A stretch of 64,000 bases of DNA from assembly GCF_964204645.1 (NCBI RefSeq), contig NC_134027.1:13424485-13488484 (forward strand), in the 5' to 3' direction. Made by a program: the position numbers and the translations under genes. The DNA is from Tubulanus polymorphus (lineage: Eukaryota; Animalia; Nemertea). The notes under the pieces are model-generated. The model ran no database searches. It was not told the origin of the DNA and saw only the letters and a list, made by a program, of their open reading frames with translations. Shown piece by piece: positions 1 to 8,952 of the stretch (position 1 is its first letter; the number at the start of each line of letters is the position of its first letter).

Positions 1-735
1 CACTTTTATATAAATACGCAATTCAAGAAGATATTATATTTGAGATAAAATTTGCTCCTGTAAATGAAATTGTATTATCTAGCGTTGTTAAAGATATGGG
101 TTATAAATTATCGAATATATGTTTAGAATATGACACAGTAACTAATGAAAATATTGCTAGCACAATTCAAACTCAATACAATCAAGGATTTTCATTATTA
201 TATGATTATATTGATAAATTTAAAACTGTAACTATTAATGCAAATGATAAAATAATTAATGAGAATATTAACTTCCCAAGAAGATCTATTAAAGGTATAT
301 TAATATTTTTTACCATTGCAACACAACATATACTAATGGCGCAATAAAGGTAGATAATTAATATAATCCTGAAATAACAAAAGTAGAAATAACTATCGAA
401 GGAATAGCAAATAAAATATTATGTCAAGGAATGAGAATGACTGATCAATGGCCAGAAATTAGAAAACATTTTATGAATGAAAAAGTAAAATCATTTGAAA
501 ATTGTAATATTAATCAAATTGATTATTATACCGGCAATAAATATGCATTATGGTTAGAACAACAGAGGATAATTCATTACATGGTTCTGGAAAAAAACTA
601 CAGAACACTAAAGATGGAATACAATTATTCATGAAAAAGATAAGAGGAGACAAAAATTTTAAAATGCACATTTATATTATATCTGATGCCCAATTAAATA
701 TTGTAAATTCACAATTAGATAGTATTCAATATTAG
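1..735 (+). pseudogene. Major capsid protein C-terminal part, frameshifted
   Basis: ORF pieces 96-347, 431-634 and 550-735 are nearly identical to the C-half of intact ORF 43998-45245. Confidence 0.88.
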
Positions 736-765
736 AAATATAAAGTTAAAATTAACGATGTATAA

Positions 766-1851
766 ATGGGAGGTAAAAAAACTACTAATACTAAAGAACA
801 ATATTTAAGAAATTTATATTACAACCCTGAGAGTTCGGTTGCTTATTCTTCTACCAAAAATATATGGCGCCAAGTAAAACAAGATAAATTAGATAAGATA
901 ATCCCACATTTAGTTAAATATAAAGATATAAATGAATTTATGTTAGAACAACCAACATATACAACACATAAAAAAATTGTTAGAAAATATAAAACTCGTA
1001 AAACTATGGTAAGTTATGTATATCAACAGTGGCAAGGAGATTTAATTGATATGAAAAATGTTAAGAAAGATAATGATGATTATTGGTGGTTATTGAATAT
1101 AATTGATATTTTTAGTCGTTATGTATGGAGTTTCCCACTTTATAGAAAAGATGCTGTACAAACATCAAATGTTTTAAGAAAATTTCTTTCGGATGATAAA
1201 CTAAAACCAGAAAAAATACAATTTGATGATGGAAAAGAGTTTGATAATTCACTTGTTCATGAACTCTTAGATAATCATAATATTAAATATTTTTCAACAA
1301 AATCGGATAAAAAAGCAGCAGTTGTTGAACGATTTAATAGAACATTAAGAACAAGAATGTGGAAATATTTTACAGCAAATAATACTTTTAAATGGATTGA
1401 TGTTTTACCAAAATTGATAGAAGGATATAATAATTCTTATCATTCTTCTATTGGAATGAAACCTATTGATGCTAGAAAACCTGAAAATGCTGAAATTGTT
1501 TGGAATAATTTATATGGAGCATTTCTTGTAGATGATTTTGGTGAACCTAAATTTAAAGTTGGTCTAAATGTTAGAATTTCTAAGTATAAAAAGATATTTG
1601 GTAAAGGATACGATCGAAATTTTACTAGAGAAATATATGAAATAAAAAAGGTAATAACAACAAAACCATATGTCTACTTTTATGAAGAAGAATTAAGTTT
1701 AACTACAGAAAATCTAGAACAAGAATATAAAATTGAAAAAGTATTAAAAACAAAAACTATTAAAAGAAAAAAATATTCTTTAGTAAAATGGGTTGGATGG
1801 CCAGATAAATTCAATGAATGGATATTGTCAAGTAAAATTAAAAATATATAA
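766..1851 (+). CDS. Retroviral-like (rve) integrase with C-terminal chromodomain
   Basis: WQGDLIDM, IDIFSRY, QFDDGKEF and VVERFNRTLR form the DDE core; YKIEKVL..LVKWVGWPDKFNEWI is the chromodomain. Confidence 0.95.
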   Translation: MGGKKTTNTKEQYLRNLYYNPESSVAYSSTKNIWRQVKQDKLDKIIPHLVKYKDINEFMLEQPTYTTHKKIVRKYKTRKTMVSYVYQQWQGDLIDMKNVKKDNDDYWWLLNIIDIFSRYVWSFPLYRKDAVQTSNVLRKFLSDDKLKPEKIQFDDGKEFDNSLVHELLDNHNIKYFSTKSDKKAAVVERFNRTLRTRMWKYFTANNTFKWIDVLPKLIEGYNNSYHSSIGMKPIDARKPENAEIVWNNLYGAFLVDDFGEPKFKVGLNVRISKYKKIFGKGYDRNFTREIYEIKKVITTKPYVYFYEEELSLTTENLEQEYKIEKVLKTKTIKRKKYSLVKWVGWPDKFNEWILSSKIKNI

Positions 1852-2460
1852 ATGAATGAGGAATTATTTATATTTGAACCTCATAATATGTTAATTTCTG
1901 GTGTAACAAATTGTGGAAAAACTTATTTTATATTAAATTTGTTAGAAACTGTTTATAAAAACTATTTTGATAATATAGTATTATTTTGTCCAACATATGA
2001 ATTTAATCAAACTTATGATAGAAATATTACTAGAAATAATAAATTTATTATATTAGATCCTAAAACAGTAAAAGAAAATTTAGATAATTGTATTAAAATA
2101 GCAATAGATATTTATAAAGGATCAAATACATTATTCATTATAGATGATTGTGCTAATCTACATGATTCAAAAGTTAGAGAAAGTGAGTTATGTTATTTAG
2201 CTTTTTCTGGTAGACATTTTGGGATAACAACATGGGTTTTAAATCAAAAATATAATTCAATTGTTAAAGACTTTAGGGAGAATATAAGATTTCTAATTTT
2301 ATTCTACAATAAAGATAGAAAATCGATGAAAAATGCACTTGAGGAAAATGATATTATTCCACATGATTTACATAATGAATATATGGATAAGTTGAAAAAT
2401 ATTAAAAGATCAAAATTACTATTTAGATTACAACACCCATTTAAATATGAATTTATTTAA
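1852..2460 (+). CDS. A32/FtsK-like genome packaging ATPase
   Basis: Walker A GVTNCGKT, Walker B LFIIDD, and GRH..Q motif; Polinton context. Confidence 0.92.
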   Translation: MNEELFIFEPHNMLISGVTNCGKTYFILNLLETVYKNYFDNIVLFCPTYEFNQTYDRNITRNNKFIILDPKTVKENLDNCIKIAIDIYKGSNTLFIIDDCANLHDSKVRESELCYLAFSGRHFGITTWVLNQKYNSIVKDFRENIRFLILFYNKDRKSMKNALEENDIIPHDLHNEYMDKLKNIKRSKLLFRLQHPFKYEFI

Positions 2461-2735
2461 ATTCAACTAGCTTGTTAATCTATTACATATTTAGTTACAT
2501 TCTAGTTGAATTCTAGTTATTAGTAGTTGGAACAAAAATCAACTAGATTTAACAATATTTTAACTAGCTTGTTAATCTAGTTTAATTCTAGTTACATTCT
2601 AGTTGAATTCTAGCTGTTAGTAGTTGGAACAAAAATCAACTAGATTTAACAAGAAATAAACAAAAACAACGATATTTCAACTAGCTTGTTAATCTGGTTG
2701 AATTCTAGTTACATTCTAGTTGAATTCTAGTTGCA
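2461..2735. repeat. CTAGTT/AACTAG-rich degenerate tandem repeat
   Basis: About three copies of AACTAGCTTGTTAATCT..GTTACATTCTAGTTGAATTCTAG between ATPase and next ORF. Confidence 0.85.
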
Positions 2736-2764
2736 ACATCACAAGTAATTTTTTTGTTATATAA

Positions 2765-3370
2765 ATGGTAGGTGAAAAGAAAATAAAATCTAAAAATGGT
2801 GATGTTTCAATTGAAAAAACTTTAGATGATTTAGGAATAACAGAAACAAAATTAACTCCAGATGATGGTGCTTTAAGTAATGTTACAACAAATAATAATT
2901 ATGAATATTATCTTTACTGTAAACATCAATTAGAAATATTAATAGCATCTGGAAAATGTAAAAATTTTGTCGGTAAAAATTTAACTTATAATGAATTAGA
3001 CACAATGAAATCAGATGAAATTATTAGATTATTTAAGATTTATGAAGCCGCGAGAACAGCTAGAATTAATGACGCGATATCAGAAAATGTAGTAAAAGGT
3101 TATAGTAAATTATGTAATTATATACTACCAATTGAAGATGAAAATAGATTATATTCCGATTTAAAAAATGACTATTTAGTTATGACTGAATTAAATAAAT
3201 GGATTGGATATTTATCATTTCAATTAGGCGGATTTATGACATTATTATCAACTGGAGTTATAACATTTTCAAATATTGAAAGTAAAAATATTTCTATAAT
3301 AAATGAGCGAGGTGGAAGAAGTGAAGGAATTAACTGTGAAGAAAAAACCGAGATCACAGAAACAAATTGA
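2765..3370 (+). CDS. Polinton conserved hypothetical protein with C-terminal hydrophobic segment
   Basis: TAAATG start; clear homologue in copy B at 26575-27139 (-). Confidence 0.8.
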   Translation: MVGEKKIKSKNGDVSIEKTLDDLGITETKLTPDDGALSNVTTNNNYEYYLYCKHQLEILIASGKCKNFVGKNLTYNELDTMKSDEIIRLFKIYEAARTARINDAISENVVKGYSKLCNYILPIEDENRLYSDLKNDYLVMTELNKWIGYLSFQLGGFMTLLSTGVITFSNIESKNISIINERGGRSEGINCEEKTEITETN

Positions 3371-3671
3371 ATGGTCTCGGCAATTAGGAATTAAATCACA
3401 AGAATATAAAAAAGCTGTAAAAGAAAAAATAAGTAATAAAAATGTTAATAAAAATAGTGAAAATATTGTTATTTCTACTCCTTCTAATGATAGAATATTT
3501 GATAAATGTCTATATTTTACAGTTGGATTTGTAATTGTATTCATTTTGATCGGGTGTAATTGGTATAAGAAATCAAATAAAATTCATGATATTTATAATT
3601 CTGAAACAACTGCTATCAAAAATGAAAATACTTCTGAAATTCCAAAATTGACAATAAAAAAAATGGATTAA
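3303..3671 (+). CDS. Polinton small basic protein with one predicted TM helix
   Basis: KKPRSQKQIEWSRQLG motif shared with 26397-26582 (-); hydrophobic LYFTVGFVIVFILIG; TAAATG start. Confidence 0.78.
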   Translation: MSEVEEVKELTVKKKPRSQKQIEWSRQLGIKSQEYKKAVKEKISNKNVNKNSENIVISTPSNDRIFDKCLYFTVGFVIVFILIGCNWYKKSNKIHDIYNSETTAIKNENTSEIPKLTIKKMD

Positions 3672-4145
3672 TATTTTAGAAAAAAGCGAAAACAAATAAT
3701 TGAATATCACCATGTGGGTGCCGTACGACACCATCTCACTACTTTTGTCTATCACTGTGTGGGTGCCGTTTATGGCACCATCTATGCGGAGCAATTAAAT
3801 TGTCCAGATAAGTCATTTCGGATTCTAGATATTCATTATTTTTATTAATTTATTTTGTTTTTACTTGAATATTGTATTACAGTCATTTCTTATTATTAGT
3901 TTTTTCTTAAATTGAAAGATGGCAGCACTGGGTGGGGTGTGATGCTAAAATGAATTATTTGAATTTGAATTTGTTAATCAATTAACATGGTAATCGATTA
4001 CTAATTTGATTAAAAATTATATCATAATTAAGTTAAAAATCCATAATTCATTTATCAGTTTTCATTCTTATATTCTTTTCATTCGGAATAATTTATAATT
4101 TCAAATTTCATATATTTTTTGAGCACCAACAACATTTACTTAGGT

Positions 4146-4452
4146 GTTTTAGCTAAGTATATAAGGCAATTCATTCAACCACTGGAGTGCCGCCGGGCTT
4201 GGCTTGCAGGGGCATTTCGAAAATGCACCTTTGTCCACCCTCCGTGGTTCTCCTTCAGTTTCGACTTTCGATCCTCCTTTCGGGGGTAAGGGGTTGATAG
4301 GAAATGCATTAGGCGCCTTTAATATAATGTGTTTCCTGTCAACCATTGAAGGAGAATTGGTGAGGTTTGGGTCACAGGGGTGTAATTAGAAATGCTTGGG
4401 GATAGGTATCTCGTGGCGCCTCTCAATAACGGGATGCTTATCCCCTAAAAAC
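4146..4452 (+). ncRNA. Putative structured non-coding RNA of Polinton copy A
   Basis: GC-richer island with nested stems (4239-4259/4345-4365, 4292-4311/4325-4344, 4398-4414/4429-4445). Non-Watson-Crick positions are mostly G-U on the + strand. Confidence 0.6.
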
Positions 4453-4760
4453 TCTGCGAGTCAAGTCGGGTGGTTTTGCTAAAACTTACCGTAAAAACAT
4501 TGAAATATTCCTTTTAATCACGAGAGAGAATGACTATCCTCCTGTCCTGTGTGTGTTGTATGTACTGCGTGCTTATTATATAACTGCTAGCTATCTAATA
4601 TAACAACAACGTTGTGCAACACCTGTTTGATTGATCAATATTCAAATGAAGCACTCTCTTATAATAACATGTAACAGATGTTTGACTGTATGATTGTAGT
4701 TGTTTATAAAACGACTAAGGTCATTTTGGATTCTAGATATTCATTATTTTTATTTCTTAT

Positions 4761-5087
4761 TTAATCAACAATTTCTAAATCATGATGACCGTCTTCATTT
4801 TTCCCATGATAGATTATTTTAAATCCTACTAAATCTTTCAATTCCTCTGTACTCAATGAAACCCATTTATCAGGTAAAAATACTTTAAATTCTCGCGATG
4901 TACTAACATTACAGTAGCTTAAATTTGCTGATACTTTCTCTCCATATTTAGTTTTTATCTTTTCTAATTTCAATATTTTATGTTCCATTTCTTTTGTAAC
5001 ATCAATTAACTTTTTTATTTCAAATTGTTTTTTTGCTGGTTTAATTCTGTTATTTATTGTTGCTAAGAATGCTTTTCTATCTCCCAT
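4761..5087 (-). CDS. Polinton terminal small hypothetical protein
   Basis: ATG lies within the TIR. Homologues at 45997-46321 (-) and 14119-14412 (+) share KYG..LPD..GKNE.GHH. Confidence 0.8.
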   Translation of the reverse strand: MGDRKAFLATINNRIKPAKKQFEIKKLIDVTKEMEHKILKLEKIKTKYGEKVSANLSYCNVSTSREFKVFLPDKWVSLSTEELKDLVGFKIIYHGKNEDGHHDLEIVD

Positions 5088-5171
5088 TTATTAGGAAAAA
5101 AATTACTTGTGGTGATGAGTGGTGTCTCGTCCTCTCGTCCTCTGGTATGAAAGCCTACTTTTCCAATTACT
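5080..5171 (-). repeat. Right terminal inverted repeat of copy A
   Basis: Reverse complement AGTAATTGGAAAAGTAGGCTTTCATACCAGAGGACGAGAGGACGAG..CCTAATAAATGGGAG matches the TIRs at 33705 and 57993. Confidence 0.92.
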
Positions 5172-5489
5172 GACATGATGGAAAACATCAGAATAAACTA
5201 GTTTCGACTTTTTAACAGAATCGCATTAATGAGGTTTAACAGTACAAATAGCCTAGGCTAAATCGTTCGGCAGAAAATAAATTCATTTTCAGGAATAAAA
5301 TCGTACTAGACAAATAGACCTTTAAGTCTGTGGTCCTCCCAATCAACATCGCCATAGAAGATTTGCCGGCAGATCCACTTAATACCACAGTATAATCTAC
5401 CAATGCTTCAAGGCCCATGGGCCTCTTGTAACACAATTAATTACTAATTTCCATTATTTACAATATACAATTAGCTGGTCTATCATACA

Positions 5490-6807
5490 TTGATGCCCTT
5501 CCGGACTGTCAGCCACCACGACCATATCGTCTGCGTACATCAAAATAAATAATCTAAACCATAGCTCAACTTGGCCATCATCGGCCAAAAAACTTAGTGA
5601 AGGGCAATTATTTTCCTATAGATGCTGTTGCAGGTCGTTTACATATATTGAAAAGAGTACCGGGGACACATTTTCGCCTTGCCTTAGGCCCATAAAACTC
5701 TCACAGACACACATGACTTAACATGCTGATACATATTGTGGATGACTTTTAAAATTTTGCATTTAATTCCTGTCTGAATCAGCTTGTGCCAAAGAGCTTT
5801 CCTCCAAATGCTATCAAAACATTTTTGGTAATCTGCGAACACACAATACAGCCTGCGATTTGATTTCAAGAACAAGTCAATTAAGGTTTTCAACGTGATA
5901 CGTGGTCGAGTATACTATGATTTTTGCGGAATCCCGCTTGATTATTTAGTAACAAGTTATTTGATTCCAAGAAGGACGCTATTCTTTTATTTAACACGCT
6001 AGTAAAAAGTTTGCCCATACACGATAGTAGGGAAATACCCCTGTAGCTATCCGGCCCTTTCTGTTTGTAAATTTGTAAAATGATTCCATTTAACCAGTTT
6101 TCAGGTATACAACCAGTTTCAAGGACGTTATCGAAAAGGTTAACAAGACTAGTTAAAAGAAAATGGTCTGAGTTCTTAAGAAACTCGTTTTGAATTTCGT
6201 CAACACCAGGTGACTTAAAGTTCTTAAGTTTTCTTAAGTGTTTTAAGACCTCTTCACCAGTTACCGGTTGATTTAGTATGGAATTATCGATATCATTTTC
6301 ACTGAAATCATCAACGTCTTCCAGGAAAGGTTCTTCTCCCGACAATTCCGGGCTTCCGTTTAAGGCCTTGAAGTGTTGGAGGAATTCATTAGCAGAGATT
6401 TTACAGTTATCATCATTTTTGCCTTTTTTAGAATTTTCCAAAACTCGTTATGTTCTTTAGTTGCCATGCCTCGAAGAGTACTGTTGAATTTTTCTATCTT
6501 GTCTCTATTTGCCTTTTCAGTGCTTTCTTATAGCGCCGAAATCTTAGATTTACGTTTGAATGATTTTCTCTTGTCGGCATATACGAATACAAACGTTTGG
6601 CTCTACGGTAGTCAGCACGGGTCTTATTTCTCTACTTAATATTGGTCGTTTTTTTGCTTTACTGACATTGATTTTGATTACTCTTTTACCCATGACTTTT
6701 GTAGCCGATTGTGTTATTACATCACACAGTCGGTGATTGGCGGTATTAATAAGATGTTGTTCCAGGTCAGAATTTATATCATCAAGTATTGGTGATTGTT
6801 TGGACAA
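5490..6807 (-). pseudogene. LINE reverse transcriptase, frameshifted
   Basis: KSPGVDEI, YRGISLLSCMGKLF, QAGFRK, FADYQKCFDSI and YADD motifs across several frames. Confidence 0.9.
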
Positions 6808-6888
6808 GGTTTCAGTATACTGGCCATTGCGATTAGGGTATCATTTAATTTTCTCTTGGGTTTTATAGTCATTATGGATATCATTTGT

Positions 6889-7683
6889 TTAAGATTTACT
6901 GCCAGAATCCTGGCTCCTTTTTATCCCGCATACAACTGGGGAATGTACATCCGAAAATAGCTTTTCGAATTTAGCAACCTCAAACATACAGAGTTTATCC
7001 AGAAGTTGTGGGGAATAAATAAACCAATCCACAACGTGCTTATATTCTGCCTTAAAACAAGTGTATTCACCAATGTTTTTATCTTTTCCCACACGCCCGT
7101 TTAGTATGAAAACATTCTGCCCTACACAAAGATCTATTAAGCGATATCCATAATTATTAACCACTGGCTCTTTGTTAACACGGTTCACAACTTCATTTTC
7201 TTTAAGGTAATACAGACTCTTACGGGGTTCAGTAAAAACCTCATCTAAGTCGAGTGAATTGATACGAAACTCATCTATATTTACTAAGTCACACAAGCAC
7301 CCAGTATGGGAATTAAAATCACCACACATACATAGACAATGATTATCACTAGAATAATTTTCCAAGGTATTGTGAATTAATTCATCGAACAGATTAACTC
7401 CACCTCCAAGGGCTAGCTTACTACTAGATGAAATTAACTTAACACTTTTTCTTAAAGAATTTCGTACCGCAATTCCAACGCCTCCTGACCGGAACGGTGA
7501 AATACTTTTACGATTATTCATATGAAAATCATAACCCAAATCGCTGAAGAAATTTTTTGCCCAAAATTCATCTGTGTCGTCTAATTTCGTTTCGGTCAGG
7601 ACAAGGAAGTCATAAAATTTTACAAAATTTTGGAATTCTGTAATACTTGCTTTACTTTTTAGACCACAGACATTCAATGTCAC
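6889..7683 (-). CDS. LINE AP-like endonuclease domain
   Basis: LNVCGL, LTETKL, GGVGI, GDFNSH, VDWF and SDVHSP motifs. Confidence 0.9.
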   Translation of the reverse strand: MTLNVCGLKSKASITEFQNFVKFYDFLVLTETKLDDTDEFWAKNFFSDLGYDFHMNNRKSISPFRSGGVGIAVRNSLRKSVKLISSSSKLALGGGVNLFDELIHNTLENYSSDNHCLCMCGDFNSHTGCLCDLVNIDEFRINSLDLDEVFTEPRKSLYYLKENEVVNRVNKEPVVNNYGYRLIDLCVGQNVFILNGRVGKDKNIGEYTCFKAEYKHVVDWFIYSPQLLDKLCMFEVAKFEKLFSDVHSPVVCGIKRSQDSGSKS

Positions 7684-7713
7684 GATAGATAAACATTCTG
7701 GCCCTGCGCTTTC

Positions 7714-8952
7714 CTATTTGTTAGTAAGTTCCGAAACCGTGACACCCGAGTCCATATCAAGTACTAATCGTGCTGACGCGAGAACGGCACCGATATCGCC
7801 GCCCAATGATGAGTTTTTGTTCTGCGAGATCTCGTCTGAAGGTGAACTCGGTCTCTTTGCCTCCGGTCGTCCCGAATTCCTCCGCTTCATCGTTCTTTGC
7901 GGACGCCTACCAGTGTTGAATAAAGGCCTGCACGATTCTCTGTCTAATGCTTCCACAGCAGCCGTCGCGTTTAACTGTACCGTCGACGAGGCCGCAGTAC
8001 TAGCCTCTTTGGATACTGACAGGTTCGTTTCTTTCGCATCCGACATTGTGTTTAAGTTTGCCCGAAATGAGAACCCAGGTGCGGGGCTTGGACCAGTAAA
8101 GTTAAAAACACGGTGTTCAGTCGCTGTTTTCTCGCACGGAGCTATTTCAATGTTGTGCCCTTTCTCAGAGGATGATGACCGATTGATCAATCGACCATTC
8201 CTAGCTATCTTTAACTCTTTCTTTGCTCGCAGGACGTAATCCAACAACTTATTGGAGTTGATGTCGTTCAGCCTCTCGGCATGGGACTGACTTGAACGCA
8301 GCCAGACGTTACTGAATCTTTTAATTCTACGCAGCTTCTCTTTTTTGCGGAGTATATGAATCTTAATTTCCTTAGTTTTTACCGAAACTTTGACCAGCGG
8401 GCATTTCTGTTTTCCTCTGGCTGGTAGCTTTTTGGCGTCCACGACGACGTTTTTATGGCCAAGATGACTAAATATTTCATCACAAGTGTCCGTGGGTTTG
8501 TTATTCACCCCTAGTTCCAGACCACTTATAATTATACAGATTTCCGTGTTGTCTAGAGGTTTCGGTATCGCGCAACTGGACTGAGTAGCTAGTTTTTTCT
8601 GAAGATCTAAACACTCCGACGTTAAGCTCGCTATTGTTTTGCTGGAGTCTGCCATGGCAGCAGCAAAGCGCGTATTCTCGCTTTTTAAACTATCATTAGA
8701 CGTGCTAGTAAATTCCACTGAACCAGAGAGTTCGCCAACTGTTTTTGCTTGGGCTCCTAATTTTTCTTTGATTTCGTTTATGTCTCGGCCGTGCAGGCAA
8801 ACTGTAGTGTCTAGCTTTCCGAATCTTTCTGTGACATTTTTATAGTCCGCCCGCATTTTGGACAAATCTGACTTAATTTCCGTAATTGATTGTGTCAGAA
8901 ACGTATCGAACTCAGACGAGTGATTGACCATTGATGCTGCCTCTGAATTCAT
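7714..8952 (-). CDS. LINE ORF1 (coiled coil plus RRM-like region)
   Basis: Heptad-rich N-half, IIISGL..PLVKVSV segment; lies directly upstream of the endonuclease. Confidence 0.78.
   Translation of the reverse strand: MNSEAASMVNHSSEFDTFLTQSITEIKSDLSKMRADYKNVTERFGKLDTTVCLHGRDINEIKEKLGAQAKTVGELSGSVEFTSTSNDSLKSENTRFAAAMADSSKTIASLTSECLDLQKKLATQSSCAIPKPLDNTEICIIISGLELGVNNKPTDTCDEIFSHLGHKNVVVDAKKLPARGKQKCPLVKVSVKTKEIKIHILRKKEKLRRIKRFSNVWLRSSQSHAERLNDINSNKLLDYVLRAKKELKIARNGRLINRSSSSEKGHNIEIAPCEKTATEHRVFNFTGPSPAPGFSFRANLNTMSDAKETNLSVSKEASTAASSTVQLNATAAVEALDRESCRPLFNTGRRPQRTMKRRNSGRPEAKRPSSPSDEISQNKNSSLGGDIGAVLASARLVLDMDSGVTVSELTNK

Larger units (their letters stand above)
1..5171 (+). mobile_element. 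Polinton/Maverick copy A (right-hand part, runs off window start)
   Basis: Capsid C-terminus, integrase and ATPase in series. Ends in a TIR (...CCAATTACT at 5171) homologous to the termini of copies C and D. Confidence 0.93.

Noticed and set aside
4149-4389. Overlapping 61-65 aa ORFs on both strands in the GC-rich island
   Set aside because: No TAAATG start, composition unlike the other element genes, and the base pairing explains the sequence better.
7718-8845. Plus-strand ORFs 7718-8239 and 8639-8845
   Set aside because: Antisense shadows of LINE ORF1.
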